Positions 18,388-28,567 are shown, counted from the stretch's first letter. The stretch: 48,240 bases of DNA from a bacterium (GCA_046331705.1 JAXLQJ010000012.1:124001-172240); one strand, 5' to 3'. Translations and numbers: made by a program. Notes: generated by a model not told the origin, from the letters alone.

Positions 18388-20316
18388 ATGCTCGAAACGC
18401 GTCGGACCACCTGCAATCGAGATTGCCCCGATGCGTGCGGCATCGTGGCCACGGTCGAGGATGGCCGCATCACGCGCATTCGCGGCGACGCCGAGCATCC
18501 GGTGACGCGCGGATTCCTGTGCTGGCGCACCAACCACTATCTCGACACCCAGTACTCGCCCGAGCGCCTCACCTCGCCGCTCTTGCGCAAGAACGGCGAG
18601 CTGGTGGCGGTGTCGTGGGACGAGGCGCTCGATTTCGTCGCCGAGCGCTTGCTCGCGATCCGCCGCGAATCGGGGCCGGCCGCCCTCTTTCACTACCGCA
18701 GCGGCGGCTCGCTGGGGATCCTGAAGACGCTCTGCGACCACTTCTTCGAGCGCTTCGGTCCCGTCACCGTGAAGCGCGGCGACATCTGCTCGGGTGGCGG
18801 CGATGCCGCGCAGCTGCTCGATTTCGGCCGCGAGGAGAGCCACGACCTCTTCGACCTGCTGAACGCGCGCCACATCGTGCTGTGGGGCAAGAACGTCGTG
18901 GTGTCGAGCCCCCACACCATCCCGGTGCTCAAGGAGGCTCGGGCGCGCGGCGCCCAGCTCGTCTACATCGATCCGGTGCGCACCCGAACGGCCGACCTCT
19001 GCGACGAGTACGTCCAGCCGTGCCCCGCCGGTGATTTCGCGCTCGCCATGGCGGTCGCGCGCGTGTTGGTCGAGCGCGAGTGGGTCGATCCCGCCGCCCG
19101 CGACTATTGCGATCACTACGACGACTACGTGGCGCTGGCGCGTTCGCGCAGCCTCGACGAGTGGTGCGCCGAGGCGGGGGTCGCGCCTCGGGTGGCCGAA
19201 GGGCTCGCGCGCCGGTTCGGCCCCGGCAAGCCCACCGCGACACTGGTCGGCTGGGGAATGGCGCGGCGCACGACGGGTGCAGCGATCGTGCGCTCCCTCG
19301 ACGCGCTCGCCGCGATCAGCGGCAACCTCGGGGTCCCGGGCGGTGGAGTCTCGTACTACTACTTCCGGCGCGGAGCGTTCGATCTCTCGTTCGTGCGCGG
19401 GGCCGGCGCCGCGCCGCGCACCATCTGCGAGCCGCTCTTCGGAGCAGAGGTCCAAGCCGCCGCCGATCCGCCGATTCGCGCGATCTGGATCACGGCCGGC
19501 AATCCCGTGGCGATGCTCCCCGACAGTGCCGCGGTCGCTCGCGCTCTCGAAACCCGCGAGCTCGTGGTGGTGGTGGATCTCTTCCTCACCGACACCGCGC
19601 GGCGCGCGCACGTGGTGTTGCCGACGACGTCGCTGCTCGAGGCGGACGACATCGTGGGGGCGTACGGCCACCACTGGGTGGGTGTCGCGCGGCCGGTGGC
19701 CGCGCCGCCCGCTGGCGTGCGCAGCGATCTCGAGATCCTGCAAGCGCTGGCGCCGCGCGTGGGGCTCGACGGTGTCCTCGACGGAAGCGCCCGCGATTGG
19801 AAGCGCCGGATGCTGCGCGACGGCGTCGTGAAGCAGGGGCTCACGCTCGAGGCGCTCGAAGCAGGCCCGCGGCGAAATCCGTTGCCCGGGAGCGTGCTCT
19901 TCGCCGACCGCAAGTTCGCGACCGCCAGCGGCAAGGTGAACCTGGTCACCGAGGCGCCGCGCGCCGACGCTGCGCCCGCCGGCTTCCCGCTCTGGCTCCT
20001 GTCGCTCTCGACCGAGCGCTCGCAGTCGTCGCAGTGGGCGGAACCGCAGCACGGCCTCGCCGTGGCGACCATCCACCCCGACGCCGTGCCGGGGCTGGCC
20101 GAGGGCTCGACGGCGCGCCTCGAGACCGAGCTGGGCGCGATCCGCGTGCGAATCGTCCACGACTCCACGCAGCGTCGCGACGTCGTGATCGTGCCGAAGG
20201 GCGGCCACTACGACGCGGGGCGCGCCGCGAACGCGCTCATTCGCGCCCGTACCACCGATCTGGGCGAGGGCGGTGCGCTCTACGACGAGCGGGCGCGCCT
20301 GGTCCCGGACGTCTGA
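18388..20316 (+). CDS. Molybdopterin (bis-MGD) oxidoreductase, DMSO-reductase superfamily, cytoplasmic
   Basis: CNRDCPDAC...GFLC 4Fe-4S motif, SWDEAL, WGKN, IDP.RT.TA, D.FLTDTA..A.VVLP, C-terminal molydop-binding domain. No Tat signal. Confidence 0.9.
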   Translation: MLETRRTTCNRDCPDACGIVATVEDGRITRIRGDAEHPVTRGFLCWRTNHYLDTQYSPERLTSPLLRKNGELVAVSWDEALDFVAERLLAIRRESGPAALFHYRSGGSLGILKTLCDHFFERFGPVTVKRGDICSGGGDAAQLLDFGREESHDLFDLLNARHIVLWGKNVVVSSPHTIPVLKEARARGAQLVYIDPVRTRTADLCDEYVQPCPAGDFALAMAVARVLVEREWVDPAARDYCDHYDDYVALARSRSLDEWCAEAGVAPRVAEGLARRFGPGKPTATLVGWGMARRTTGAAIVRSLDALAAISGNLGVPGGGVSYYYFRRGAFDLSFVRGAGAAPRTICEPLFGAEVQAAADPPIRAIWITAGNPVAMLPDSAAVARALETRELVVVVDLFLTDTARRAHVVLPTTSLLEADDIVGAYGHHWVGVARPVAAPPAGVRSDLEILQALAPRVGLDGVLDGSARDWKRRMLRDGVVKQGLTLEALEAGPRRNPLPGSVLFADRKFATASGKVNLVTEAPRADAAPAGFPLWLLSLSTERSQSSQWAEPQHGLAVATIHPDAVPGLAEGSTARLETELGAIRVRIVHDSTQRRDVVIVPKGGHYDAGRAANALIRARTTDLGEGGALYDERARLVPDV

Positions 20317-20346
20317 CGTCGGCGCCGACCGCTGCGGCGAGCCGCG

Positions 20347-21090
20347 TCACGGCGATCGTGGGTGCGCTTGCGCCGTGTCGTCGAGCACGTACGGCGCCAG
20401 CAGACGAGCCCAGAGCTGGATGCCTGGTCCGAGGAGGTGCAGGTCGTCGTTCGAGTACTCGGGGCGAATGGCGCCACGCTCGTCGGCGAAGGAGTCGAAG
20501 AGATCGAGATACGTGGCGGCGTGACGCTGCGCCACCTGCTCGAGCCGGCGATTGTGGGCCCGGATGCGCGCGGCATAGCGCGCCGAGCGCGGCAGGACGC
20601 TCTCGACGTAGACCGCCGTGCCCGGCGCCTCTTGCTGGAGGCGTTCGAGGATGGTCTCGAGGTCCTTCATGCTGGCGTCTGGGCTGCGGCCGAGGCGCAC
20701 GTCGTTGGTGCCCACCATCAGGAAGAGCTTGCGCGGCTGGCCGCGCAGGATCGGATCGAGGCGCGCCAACACTTCGCCGCTCGTATCGCCGCCGATGCCG
20801 CGATTGCGCGTGGTGATCGAGGGGAAAAGCTCATGCCATTGGACCGCCTCGGTGATGCTGTCGCCCAGGAACACGACGTCCGTGGCGTGGATCGCGAGTG
20901 ACTCGAACTGGGTCACCTGGCGGCGGTGGCCAGGACCGAACACGAATCGGTGAATGAGGGTGGGGGCGGCCAGCGCGAGGACGCCCAGCGCGACGGCCGC
21001 AAGCAGGTGGATCAGCGCGGACGCGAGGAACGCCGTGCGCCAGCGTCGATGTGGGCAATCGGATTCGGAATGATGATCGATTTTAAGCAT
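20347..21090 (-). CDS. SGNH/GDSL hydrolase with N-terminal membrane anchor
   Basis: Blocks FLGDSITE, NRGIGGDT, GTND, DDLHL; hydrophobic N-terminal helix. Confidence 0.88.
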   Translation of the reverse strand: MLKIDHHSESDCPHRRWRTAFLASALIHLLAAVALGVLALAAPTLIHRFVFGPGHRRQVTQFESLAIHATDVVFLGDSITEAVQWHELFPSITTRNRGIGGDTSGEVLARLDPILRGQPRKLFLMVGTNDVRLGRSPDASMKDLETILERLQQEAPGTAVYVESVLPRSARYAARIRAHNRRLEQVAQRHAATYLDLFDSFADERGAIRPEYSNDDLHLLGPGIQLWARLLAPYVLDDTAQAHPRSP

Positions 21091-21352
21091 TAGTCATTAG
21101 TATTAATCCGTGCGGTCGTGCCCCCGCGGGGGGCCGCGGCCGTGCATTCCGGCGCGACCCGGCGCACGCCCTCGCCACCCGCGCTCGCTGCCCCACGAGG
21201 CGGGGATCGACGATCGCGACGCGCCCCGAGCCGCCCCCTGCCTGAATGCGTGTTCACGTGCCCTCGATGTGGGGCACGAAGCAGGCCGCGTCCACCATCG
21301 GTAGTGGCCGCGAAAGCGCGGGAAAACTTGAGGACGGACGGGCGTTTCGCGA

Positions 21353-21403
21353 TTGACTGGGTCCGTCGTGGAGTGGTATCACGGCCGAGCCCAAAAAGTG
21401 GGG
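21353..21403 (+). promoter_or_regulatory. Putative sigma70 promoter of the dcw operon with possible MraZ boxes
   Basis: TTGACT-18bp-TATCAC with extended -10 TG; GTGG/AAAGTGGG motifs at about 21368, 21373 and 21395 resemble MraZ-binding repeats. Confidence 0.4.
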
Positions 21404-21455
21404 ATCTCGCCCATAATCGGGTAAATGTTCCCAGATGCCGGGTCAGGGTGGGCTC

Positions 21456-21938
21456 GTGAAGTTCGTCGGTCAAGGCTCCTATGCGGTCGATGCCAAGGGA
21501 CGCGTCAGCATCCCGGCGGATTTCCGCGCCGTGATTTCGCAACATTATGGCACGGAGGAGCTCTGGATCACCACGTACAAATGGGTCGACGAGAAACGGA
21601 ACGTGCGTGTTCCGTTGCTGCAAGCGTACCCGCGCGCCGAGTGGGATCGCACCCTGGAGAGCCTCGCCGAGCGCTCGGCGTACGACTCGCGGCTCAACAA
21701 CTTCCGGCGGCTGTTCGTGGCGGGGGCCACCCAGTGCTTCCCGGACAAGCAAGGGCGCGTCGCGCTGACGCCCGAGCAGCGGCGCCACGCGCATCTCGAG
21801 CGCGACGTGATGTTCCTCGGTACCGGCCTTCGCTACTTCGAGATCTGGGATCTCGCGACCTGGGAGAAGGTTCGCGCCGAGGAGGAAGACGAGGCCTACG
21901 CCGGCATCGGTGACGTGCTCAAGGAGCATGGGTTGTGA
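21456..21938 (+). CDS. mraZ: Transcriptional regulator MraZ
   Basis: DAKGRVSIPA.FR, DKQGRVAL, FEIWD motifs; first gene of dcw. GTG start chosen (alternative ATG 21435). Confidence 0.93.
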   Translation: MKFVGQGSYAVDAKGRVSIPADFRAVISQHYGTEELWITTYKWVDEKRNVRVPLLQAYPRAEWDRTLESLAERSAYDSRLNNFRRLFVAGATQCFPDKQGRVALTPEQRRHAHLERDVMFLGTGLRYFEIWDLATWEKVRAEEEDEAYAGIGDVLKEHGL

Positions 21939-21960
21939 CGGGCGCGGGGACGATCGAGCC

Positions 21961-22944
21961 ATGGTGCACGAACCCGCCACCGATGCAGCGACGCTGCACG
22001 TCCCGGTGCTCGCCGACGAGGTGCTCGCGTGGCTCGCGCCGCGCGACGCCGGGCTCTACCTCGACGCGACGCTCGGCCTCGGCGGCCATGCCGAACGGAT
22101 TCTCGCGGCATCGTCGCCCGGCGGCCGGTTGCTCGGGATCGATCGCGACCCGCGGGCGCGGACGCTCGCCGGCGAACGGCTGCGCCGGTTCGGCGACCGA
22201 GCCCGCATCGTGGCCGGCGACTTCGGCGAGGCCGCCAGCTTGGCGGACGCGGTGGGGCTCGGCCCGTTCGACGGCGTGCTCGCGGATCTCGGTGTGTCGA
22301 GCCTGCAGCTCGACGACTCGACGCGCGGATTCTCGTTTTCCCAAGAAGGACCGCTCGACATGCGGATGGATCCGGCACTTCCCGAGACCGCCGGCGAGCT
22401 GGTGAACCGGCTCGACGCCGCGAGCCTCGCCGCGATCCTGCGCGGCTTCGGCGAGGAGCGTCTGGCGGGTCCGATCGCACGCCGCATCGTGGCGCGCCGC
22501 GAGCAAAGTCCCTTCACGAACACCCGCGAGCTGGCCGAGCTGGTGCGCGCCGCGTATCGGCGCGCCGGCGTCCGCAGCGAGATCGATCCCGCGACCCGCA
22601 CCTTCCAGGCGCTGCGCATCGCCGTGAACGGCGAGCTCGAGTCGCTCGATCGCCTGCTGGCGTCCCTCGCTCGCCTGCTCGCTCCCGGCGGCATCGCCTG
22701 CGTGCTGAGCTTCCATTCGCTCGAGGATCGCGCGGTGAAGCACGCGTTCCGCGACCTTGCGCGCGGCTGCGTGTGCCCGCCCGATCTGCCGGTGTGCGCG
22801 TGCGGACGCTCGGCCTCGGCGCGCGTCCTCACGCCGCGCCCGATCCGCCCCTCCGAGGCGGAGGTGGCGCAGAATCCCCGGGCACGCAGCGTGCGCATGC
22901 GCGTGCTGCGCTGGCTCGGCGACGCGACGCGAGGCGAGGCGTGA
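21961..22944 (+). CDS. rsmH: 16S rRNA m4C1402 methyltransferase
   Basis: HVPVL..EV, DATLGLGGHA, DLGVSS.QLD..RGFSF...GPLDMRMD, FQALRIAVN.EL, SFHSLEDR, NPRARS. Confidence 0.97.
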   Translation: MVHEPATDAATLHVPVLADEVLAWLAPRDAGLYLDATLGLGGHAERILAASSPGGRLLGIDRDPRARTLAGERLRRFGDRARIVAGDFGEAASLADAVGLGPFDGVLADLGVSSLQLDDSTRGFSFSQEGPLDMRMDPALPETAGELVNRLDAASLAAILRGFGEERLAGPIARRIVARREQSPFTNTRELAELVRAAYRRAGVRSEIDPATRTFQALRIAVNGELESLDRLLASLARLLAPGGIACVLSFHSLEDRAVKHAFRDLARGCVCPPDLPVCACGRSASARVLTPRPIRPSEAEVAQNPRARSVRMRVLRWLGDATRGEA

Positions 22945-23360
22945 GAGCCGCCAGCGCGCGCACCCGCGCCACCGTGCGGCATCGGCCCACGACCGCCCGG
23001 ATCGTCGATCCGCGGCGGCGGGTCGACCTCCATCCACTGCCGGCGCGGCACACGATCGCGGCCCCCGGCGCGCGCGCCGCCGCCGGCACCCCGCGTCTCG
23101 GCCTGGCGGTGCGCTGGTGGCTCGCGCTCGGCATGGTGGCGGGCTCGGTGCTGGTGGTGCTCGGCTTGCGGCTGCACGTCGACGAGCTGGGCTACGAGAT
23201 CGCGCGGTTGCGCGTGGAGACGCAGGCGCTCGAGCACGAGCAGGACGCCCTTCGTCTTCAGCTCTCCGCGCTCACCGAGCCCGGTCGCATCGCCGAGCGC
23301 GCGTCGCGCGAGCTGGGCATGCATCTCCCCAAGCCGGACCAGCTTCGGACCTACGAGTGA
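22941..23360 (+). CDS. ftsL: Cell division protein FtsL
   Basis: Single TM, coiled coil, L..P.RIA..A..ELGM..P motif; lies between rsmH and ftsI with GTGA overlap. Confidence 0.85.
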   Translation: MRAASARTRATVRHRPTTARIVDPRRRVDLHPLPARHTIAAPGARAAAGTPRLGLAVRWWLALGMVAGSVLVVLGLRLHVDELGYEIARLRVETQALEHEQDALRLQLSALTEPGRIAERASRELGMHLPKPDQLRTYE

Positions 23361-23367
23361 GCGCACC

Positions 23368-25518
23368 ATGGATCTCTCGTATCGGCCCCGCGATCGCAGA
23401 ATCGCCCCGCCTCCCACCGAGCCGGGGCGAGTGCGAACGCTGCTGCTCGGGTTCGGGCTGGCGTTCGGGTGCGTGCTGCTGCGTGCGTTCAGCCTGCAGG
23501 TCCTCGAGCGACCCGAGCTGGCCGAGCGCGGTCACGACCAAGTCGACCACGCCGTCGAGGTGGAGTCGTCGCGCGGCCGCATCCTCGATCGCAGCGGCGC
23601 CACCACGCTCGCCGGAAACGTGGTGCTGCCCCGCGCCTTCGTCGACCCCGAGCTCTTCCTGCGCGATCCCCGCGCCCACGACGTCGTCGCGCGCGCCCAG
23701 GTGGCCGCGTTGCTCGGGATCGAGCGCGACAAGCTCGAGCGAGCGCTGGCCCGCGGCGGTCGCTACGTGCGGCTCGCCAGCCGCCTCGGTCCCGACGTCG
23801 CGCGAAAGGTTCGCTCGCTCGGCTTCGCCGGGATCGGATTCGAGGACGAGACCTGGCGCGTCTATCCGGCGCGCGAGCGCGCGGGCCACGTGATCGGTTT
23901 CGTGGGCCGCGACGGCCGCGGCCTCGAAGGCCTCGAGCTGGCCGCCGACGAGGAGCTCGCCGGCGAGGGCTACTGGCTCGAAGGCCAGCGCGACGGCAAC
24001 AAGCGCCCGCTCCACACCGAGGGCCTGGGTGACCATCCGCTGTCGCCGTCCGGCAAGGACGTGCTCGTGACGCTCGATCTCGGCATCCAGCAAGCCGCCG
24101 AGGAAGAGCTCGCCCGCGCCGTGAGCGCGAGCGGCGCCCGCGCCGGCACGGCCATCGTGCTCGCGCCCGCCACGGGCGACGTGTTGGCGCTGGCGGTGTT
24201 CCCCGCCTTCAACCCCAACGACGACGAGCGACTCGACGCCGAGCGCTGGCGCGACCGCGCCGTGACCGACCTCTACGAGCCCGGCTCCACGATCAAGCCG
24301 TTCACCGCGGCCGCGGCGCTCGAGGCGGGTCTGGTCTCCGAGGCCACGCCCATCGATTGCCATCACGGAGCGTGGAAGTTCGCCGACCACGTGATTCACG
24401 ACCATTCGCCGCACGACACGATCTCGTTCGCCGACGTGATCCGCGTGTCGAGCAACATCGGCGTGGCCCAGATCGGCCTGACGCTGGGCGCCGAGCGGCT
24501 GGTGTCGACGCTCACGCGCTTCGGCTTCGGCGAGCGCACCGGCGTGGGGCTCCCCGGCGAGGTGCGCGGGGTGCTCTTCGCCGCGGCGCGCATGCGTCCC
24601 ATCCAGGTCGCCAACGTGGCGTTCGGCCACGGATTGAGCGTCACCCCGATGCAGCTCGCCGCGGCGTACGGAGCGCTCGCCAACGGCGGCGTGCGCATGG
24701 CGCCGCGACTGGTGCTGGGCGTGCGCGATCCCGTCGATGGCGAGAGCGCGCTCCAGATCCGCGAGCCGGTGGCGGTCGAGCGCGCGATCGCGCCCGAGAC
24801 CGCGGCGCGCGTCACCGCGCTCCTCGAGGAGGTGACGAGCGCGGACGGTACCGGCGCGGCTGCGCGGCTGCCGGGTGTGCGCGTCGCGGGCAAGACCGGC
24901 ACCGCCGAGAAGGTGCGCGCCGACGGTCGCGGCTACGACGCCGATCGCGTGGTGGCGTCGTTCGCGGGCTACGTCCCCGCCGACGATCCGCGCCTCGTGA
25001 TCGTGGTCGCGATCGACGAGCCGACCGGCCCCGCGACCTTCGGCGGCCAGGTGGCTGCGCCGGTGTTCCGCGAGATCGCGCGCCGCGCGCTGCCGATCGT
25101 CGGCGTGCCGGTGGGGGTTGCGCCCAGCGCGCCGATCCCGGCGTTCGCGCCCGAGGCGCTGCGCATCGCTCGCGCCGAGGAGACCGCCGACGGCCGGGCG
25201 CGCCCGCGCGCCGAGGGCGGTGCCGGCGTCCGCGCCCCGGGGGCGTCGCGTGGCGCCGCCGATCGCGGTCGAGGTCTGCCACCCGATCGAGCCACCGGCG
25301 AGCACGGCGTGGTTCCCGATCTCGCTGGGCTCTCGGTGCGCGCGGCATTGCGCGAGTCGGCGCGCCTCGGCGTGCCGGTCAGCATCGAAGGACGCGGACT
25401 GTGCGTGGCGCAGGAGCCCGCGGCGGGCGAGCCGCTCGCGGTGGGCGGCTCGCTGCGCGCGTGGTTCGCGCCCGCGGGTGCTCTCGATGCACCCGCTGCT
25501 CCCGGGCTGGTGGGATGA
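23368..25518 (+). CDS. ftsI: Septal transpeptidase PBP3 with C-terminal PASTA domain
   Basis: RGRILDR, R.YP, G.EGLE, EPGSTIK (SxxK), SSN, KTGTA; VPDL.GLS.R.A PASTA-like tail. Confidence 0.93.
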   Translation: MDLSYRPRDRRIAPPPTEPGRVRTLLLGFGLAFGCVLLRAFSLQVLERPELAERGHDQVDHAVEVESSRGRILDRSGATTLAGNVVLPRAFVDPELFLRDPRAHDVVARAQVAALLGIERDKLERALARGGRYVRLASRLGPDVARKVRSLGFAGIGFEDETWRVYPARERAGHVIGFVGRDGRGLEGLELAADEELAGEGYWLEGQRDGNKRPLHTEGLGDHPLSPSGKDVLVTLDLGIQQAAEEELARAVSASGARAGTAIVLAPATGDVLALAVFPAFNPNDDERLDAERWRDRAVTDLYEPGSTIKPFTAAAALEAGLVSEATPIDCHHGAWKFADHVIHDHSPHDTISFADVIRVSSNIGVAQIGLTLGAERLVSTLTRFGFGERTGVGLPGEVRGVLFAAARMRPIQVANVAFGHGLSVTPMQLAAAYGALANGGVRMAPRLVLGVRDPVDGESALQIREPVAVERAIAPETAARVTALLEEVTSADGTGAAARLPGVRVAGKTGTAEKVRADGRGYDADRVVASFAGYVPADDPRLVIVVAIDEPTGPATFGGQVAAPVFREIARRALPIVGVPVGVAPSAPIPAFAPEALRIARAEETADGRARPRAEGGAGVRAPGASRGAADRGRGLPPDRATGEHGVVPDLAGLSVRAALRESARLGVPVSIEGRGLCVAQEPAAGEPLAVGGSLRAWFAPAGALDAPAAPGLVG

Positions 25519-25531
25519 GGAGCCGCGCATC

Positions 25532-27091
25532 GTGATCACCGCCGCCGACCTCGCCCGCGCGATTCCGGGTGCCTGCCTCGAAGGAGACGGCACGGTGGCG
25601 ATCGCACGCGTGCGCGCCGACTCGCGTCAGGTCGCGCCGGGCGATCTCTTCGCGGCGGTGCGCGGCACGCACCGCGACGGCCACGAGTTCGTGGACGCGC
25701 TGCTCCGCGCGGGTGTCGAGGTGGTGATGGTCGAGGGCGACCATCCGGTCGACGGTGCGCGCGCCGTGATCCGCGTGCCCGAGAGCCAGCGCGCCCACGC
25801 GCTCGCCGCTGCCGCCGTGCGCGGCTTCCCGGGACGTCGCATGTGCCTGGTGGGCATCACGGGCACCAACGGCAAGACCACCACCAGCTACCTGGTCGAG
25901 TCGATCCTGCGCGCCGCGGGGCACGACGTGGGCGTGATCGGCACGGTCGAGTACCGCCACCACGCGCTCCGCCGCGCGGCGCCGCTCACGACCCCGGATG
26001 CGGACCAGCTCCAGGACCTGCTCGCCGAGATGGCGGCGGCCGGCGCCTCGCATGCCGTGCTCGAGGTCTCGTCGCACGCGTTGGCGCAGTCGCGCGTGGC
26101 CGGATGCACGTTCGCCGCGGCGGCGTTCCTGAACCTCACCCAGGACCACCTCGACTACCACGGGACCATGGAGGCGTACTTCGACGCCAAGGCCCTGCTG
26201 TTCGAGGAGCGTGGGCCGGCGGGCGCTCCGGGGCGGGCGGTCATCAACCTGGACGATCCGTGGGGCGTGGACCTCATCGCTCGCGCCGCGTCGCACGTGC
26301 TCACGTTCGCGGCTCAGCCGCTGGCCGCCGACGACTGGGTCGGGCCGAGCCGCGAGGCCGACGTGTGGGTGGCCGAGCGCGCGCTGAGCCGCGCAGGCAC
26401 GCGAGCGCGGCTCCACACGCCGCGTGGCTCGATCGAGATCTCGAGCCCGCTGGTGGGGCACCACAACCTGGCGAACCTGGTCGCCGCGACGGCCATCGGG
26501 CTGGCGCTCGATCTCGACACCGACGCGATCGTCCTGGGTTTGCGCGAGGCGACGCGCGTGCCCGGACGCCTCGAGCGCGTCCCCGCCTCGCACGATCTCG
26601 ACGTCGACGTGCTGGTCGACTACGCGCACACGCCCGACGCCCTGGCGCGAGCGCTCGAGGCGGTTCGTCCCATCGCCCATCGGCGCGTCATCACGGTGTT
26701 CGGATGCGGTGGGGACCGCGATCGCAAGAAGCGACCGCTGATGGCCGCCGCCGCCCTGCGCGCCAGCGATCTGGTGATCGTCACCAGCGACAATCCGCGC
26801 ACCGAGGATCCCGACGCGATCATCGGCGAGATCCTGCCCGGGCTCGCCGACGGCCAGCGCGTGGAGCCGGCTGCGCTCGCGCACGCGCCGCACCGTTCGT
26901 ACACGGTGATGGCGGACCGGCGCGAAGCGATCCGCCAGGCCATCGCCGCCGCCGGCCGCGGGGATCTGGTGCTGATCGCCGGCAAGGGCCACGAGGACTA
27001 CCAGATCGTCGGCACCATCAAGCACCCCTTCGACGATCGCGAGGAGGCGGCGCGTGCGCTCGCCGACCGCGCGCGAGGGCTGCTCTCGTGA
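25532..27091 (+). CDS. murE: UDP-MurNAc-Ala-Glu:meso-DAP ligase
   Basis: GITGTNGKTT, LTTP, EVSSH, NLTQDHLDYH, DYAHTPD, FGCGGDRD, DNPR (meso-DAP type), AGKGHE. GAGGAG RBS. Confidence 0.95.
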   Translation: MITAADLARAIPGACLEGDGTVAIARVRADSRQVAPGDLFAAVRGTHRDGHEFVDALLRAGVEVVMVEGDHPVDGARAVIRVPESQRAHALAAAAVRGFPGRRMCLVGITGTNGKTTTSYLVESILRAAGHDVGVIGTVEYRHHALRRAAPLTTPDADQLQDLLAEMAAAGASHAVLEVSSHALAQSRVAGCTFAAAAFLNLTQDHLDYHGTMEAYFDAKALLFEERGPAGAPGRAVINLDDPWGVDLIARAASHVLTFAAQPLAADDWVGPSREADVWVAERALSRAGTRARLHTPRGSIEISSPLVGHHNLANLVAATAIGLALDLDTDAIVLGLREATRVPGRLERVPASHDLDVDVLVDYAHTPDALARALEAVRPIAHRRVITVFGCGGDRDRKKRPLMAAAALRASDLVIVTSDNPRTEDPDAIIGEILPGLADGQRVEPAALAHAPHRSYTVMADRREAIRQAIAAAGRGDLVLIAGKGHEDYQIVGTIKHPFDDREEAARALADRARGLLS

Positions 27092-28557
27092 GCGCCGTGA
27101 CGCTACGCCTCGCCGACGTGCTCGCGGGAACGGGAGGCGTGCGGCTGCGGGGAAGCCGCGACGCGTTCAGCGCGATCTCGACCGACTCGCGCAGCGTGCG
27201 CGAGGGCGAGCTCTTCTGGGCGCTGCGCGGTCCGAGCTTCGACGGCCACGATTTCGTCGCGACCGCGTTCGGGCGCGGCGCCGCGGGCGCGGTGGTCGAG
27301 GCGGGGCGCGAGATCGCGCTCGGGCCGGACGTCGCGCCGGATCGCATCCTGATCGCCGTCGACGACACGTTGCGGGCGCTCGGCGACCTGGCCGCGTACT
27401 GGCGCCGCGCGCGCAACCCCAAGGTGATCGCGATCACCGGTTCGAACGGCAAGACCACCACCAAGGAGATGGTGGCGCGCGTGGTCGGTGCTCGTTTCCC
27501 GGTGCTGGTGACGAGCGGCAACCTCAACAACCTGATCGGGATGCCGCTCACGACGTTGCGGCTTCGCGAGGAAGCGGTCGCCGTCGTCGAGATGGGCATG
27601 AACGCGCCCGGCGAGATCCGCCGCATGGCGCAGATCGCGCGGCCGGACGTGGGGCTCATCACCCAGGTGGCGCCCGCGCACCTGGAAGGGCTCGGGACCA
27701 TCGACGGCGTGGCGGACGCGAAGTGGGAGCTCTTCGACGAGCTCCAGAGCCACGCCATCGCCCTCGTGAACCTCGACGATCCGCGCTTGATCGAGCGTCG
27801 CCCGCGCTTGCGCTGCCTGGCGGTCACCTTCGGCATGCGCGGGGGTGACGTGCACGCCGAGGACGTCGCCGATCTCGGCCTCGACGGCGTGCGCTTCACC
27901 GTCGTCGTGGCCGCCGGTCTCGACGGAGCGCGCCGCGAGGTCCAGCGCGCGGTGGTGCACCTAAAGCTGCTCGGGCTGCACAACGTGAGCAACGCGTTGG
28001 GCGCGATCGCCGCCGGCGCGGTGCTCGGCGTGCCGGCCGGAATCGCCGCGCAGGCGCTCGGCGCGCTGGCGCCGGTTCCCGGCCGGATGTGCCCGCGCCG
28101 TCTGGGGCGCGGCGTGGTGGTGCTCGACGACACCTACAACGCCAACCCGGCGTCGATGACGGCGGCGCTCGCCACCGGAGCGCGCGCCGCGGGTGCTCGC
28201 AAGAAGATCGCCGTGCTCGGCGTCATGCGCGAGCTGGGCGCGGCGAGCGGGGCGGCGCACCGCGAGGTGGGCGCGGTGGTGGCGCGCGAAGGCTACGAGC
28301 TCCTGGTGGCGCTGGGCGAGGCGGCCCAGGGTTACGTCGCCGGCGCGCGCGCGGCGGGGATGGCGGACGCGCGGCTGTGCGCGATCGCCACGGACGACGT
28401 CGCGGCGAGCGTGGATGCGCTCGCGAGCGCGCTCGAGGACGGCGCGATCGTCGTCGTCAAGGGCTCGCGCGGCGCGCGCATGGAGCGCGTGGTCGCGGCG
28501 CTGGCCGAGCGGCTCGGCGAGACCTCGCCCACGCCGTCGGCCGCGGCGCACGGATGA
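27088..28557 (+). CDS. murF: UDP-MurNAc-tripeptide:D-Ala-D-Ala ligase
   Basis: STDSR, FDGHDF, ITGSNGKTTTKEM, GNLNNLIG.P, EMGMN, DDTYNANP.SM, KGSRG. Confidence 0.95.
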   Translation: MSAVTLRLADVLAGTGGVRLRGSRDAFSAISTDSRSVREGELFWALRGPSFDGHDFVATAFGRGAAGAVVEAGREIALGPDVAPDRILIAVDDTLRALGDLAAYWRRARNPKVIAITGSNGKTTTKEMVARVVGARFPVLVTSGNLNNLIGMPLTTLRLREEAVAVVEMGMNAPGEIRRMAQIARPDVGLITQVAPAHLEGLGTIDGVADAKWELFDELQSHAIALVNLDDPRLIERRPRLRCLAVTFGMRGGDVHAEDVADLGLDGVRFTVVVAAGLDGARREVQRAVVHLKLLGLHNVSNALGAIAAGAVLGVPAGIAAQALGALAPVPGRMCPRRLGRGVVVLDDTYNANPASMTAALATGARAAGARKKIAVLGVMRELGAASGAAHREVGAVVAREGYELLVALGEAAQGYVAGARAAGMADARLCAIATDDVAASVDALASALEDGAIVVVKGSRGARMERVVAALAERLGETSPTPSAAAHG

Positions 28558-28567
28558 GGAGGCGACG

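Noticed and set aside
22756..22806. Cys cluster CVCPPDLPVCAC in RsmH as a novelty
   Set aside because: This insertion is common in RsmH from many lineages.
25843..28557. Apparent 904-aa MurF (also extended MurG, FtsQ, FtsA, FtsL and thioesterase ORFs) as fusion proteins
   Set aside because: The N-terminal parts are out-of-frame read-through of the upstream gene. True starts lie at ATGA/GTGA overlaps or behind clear RBSs.
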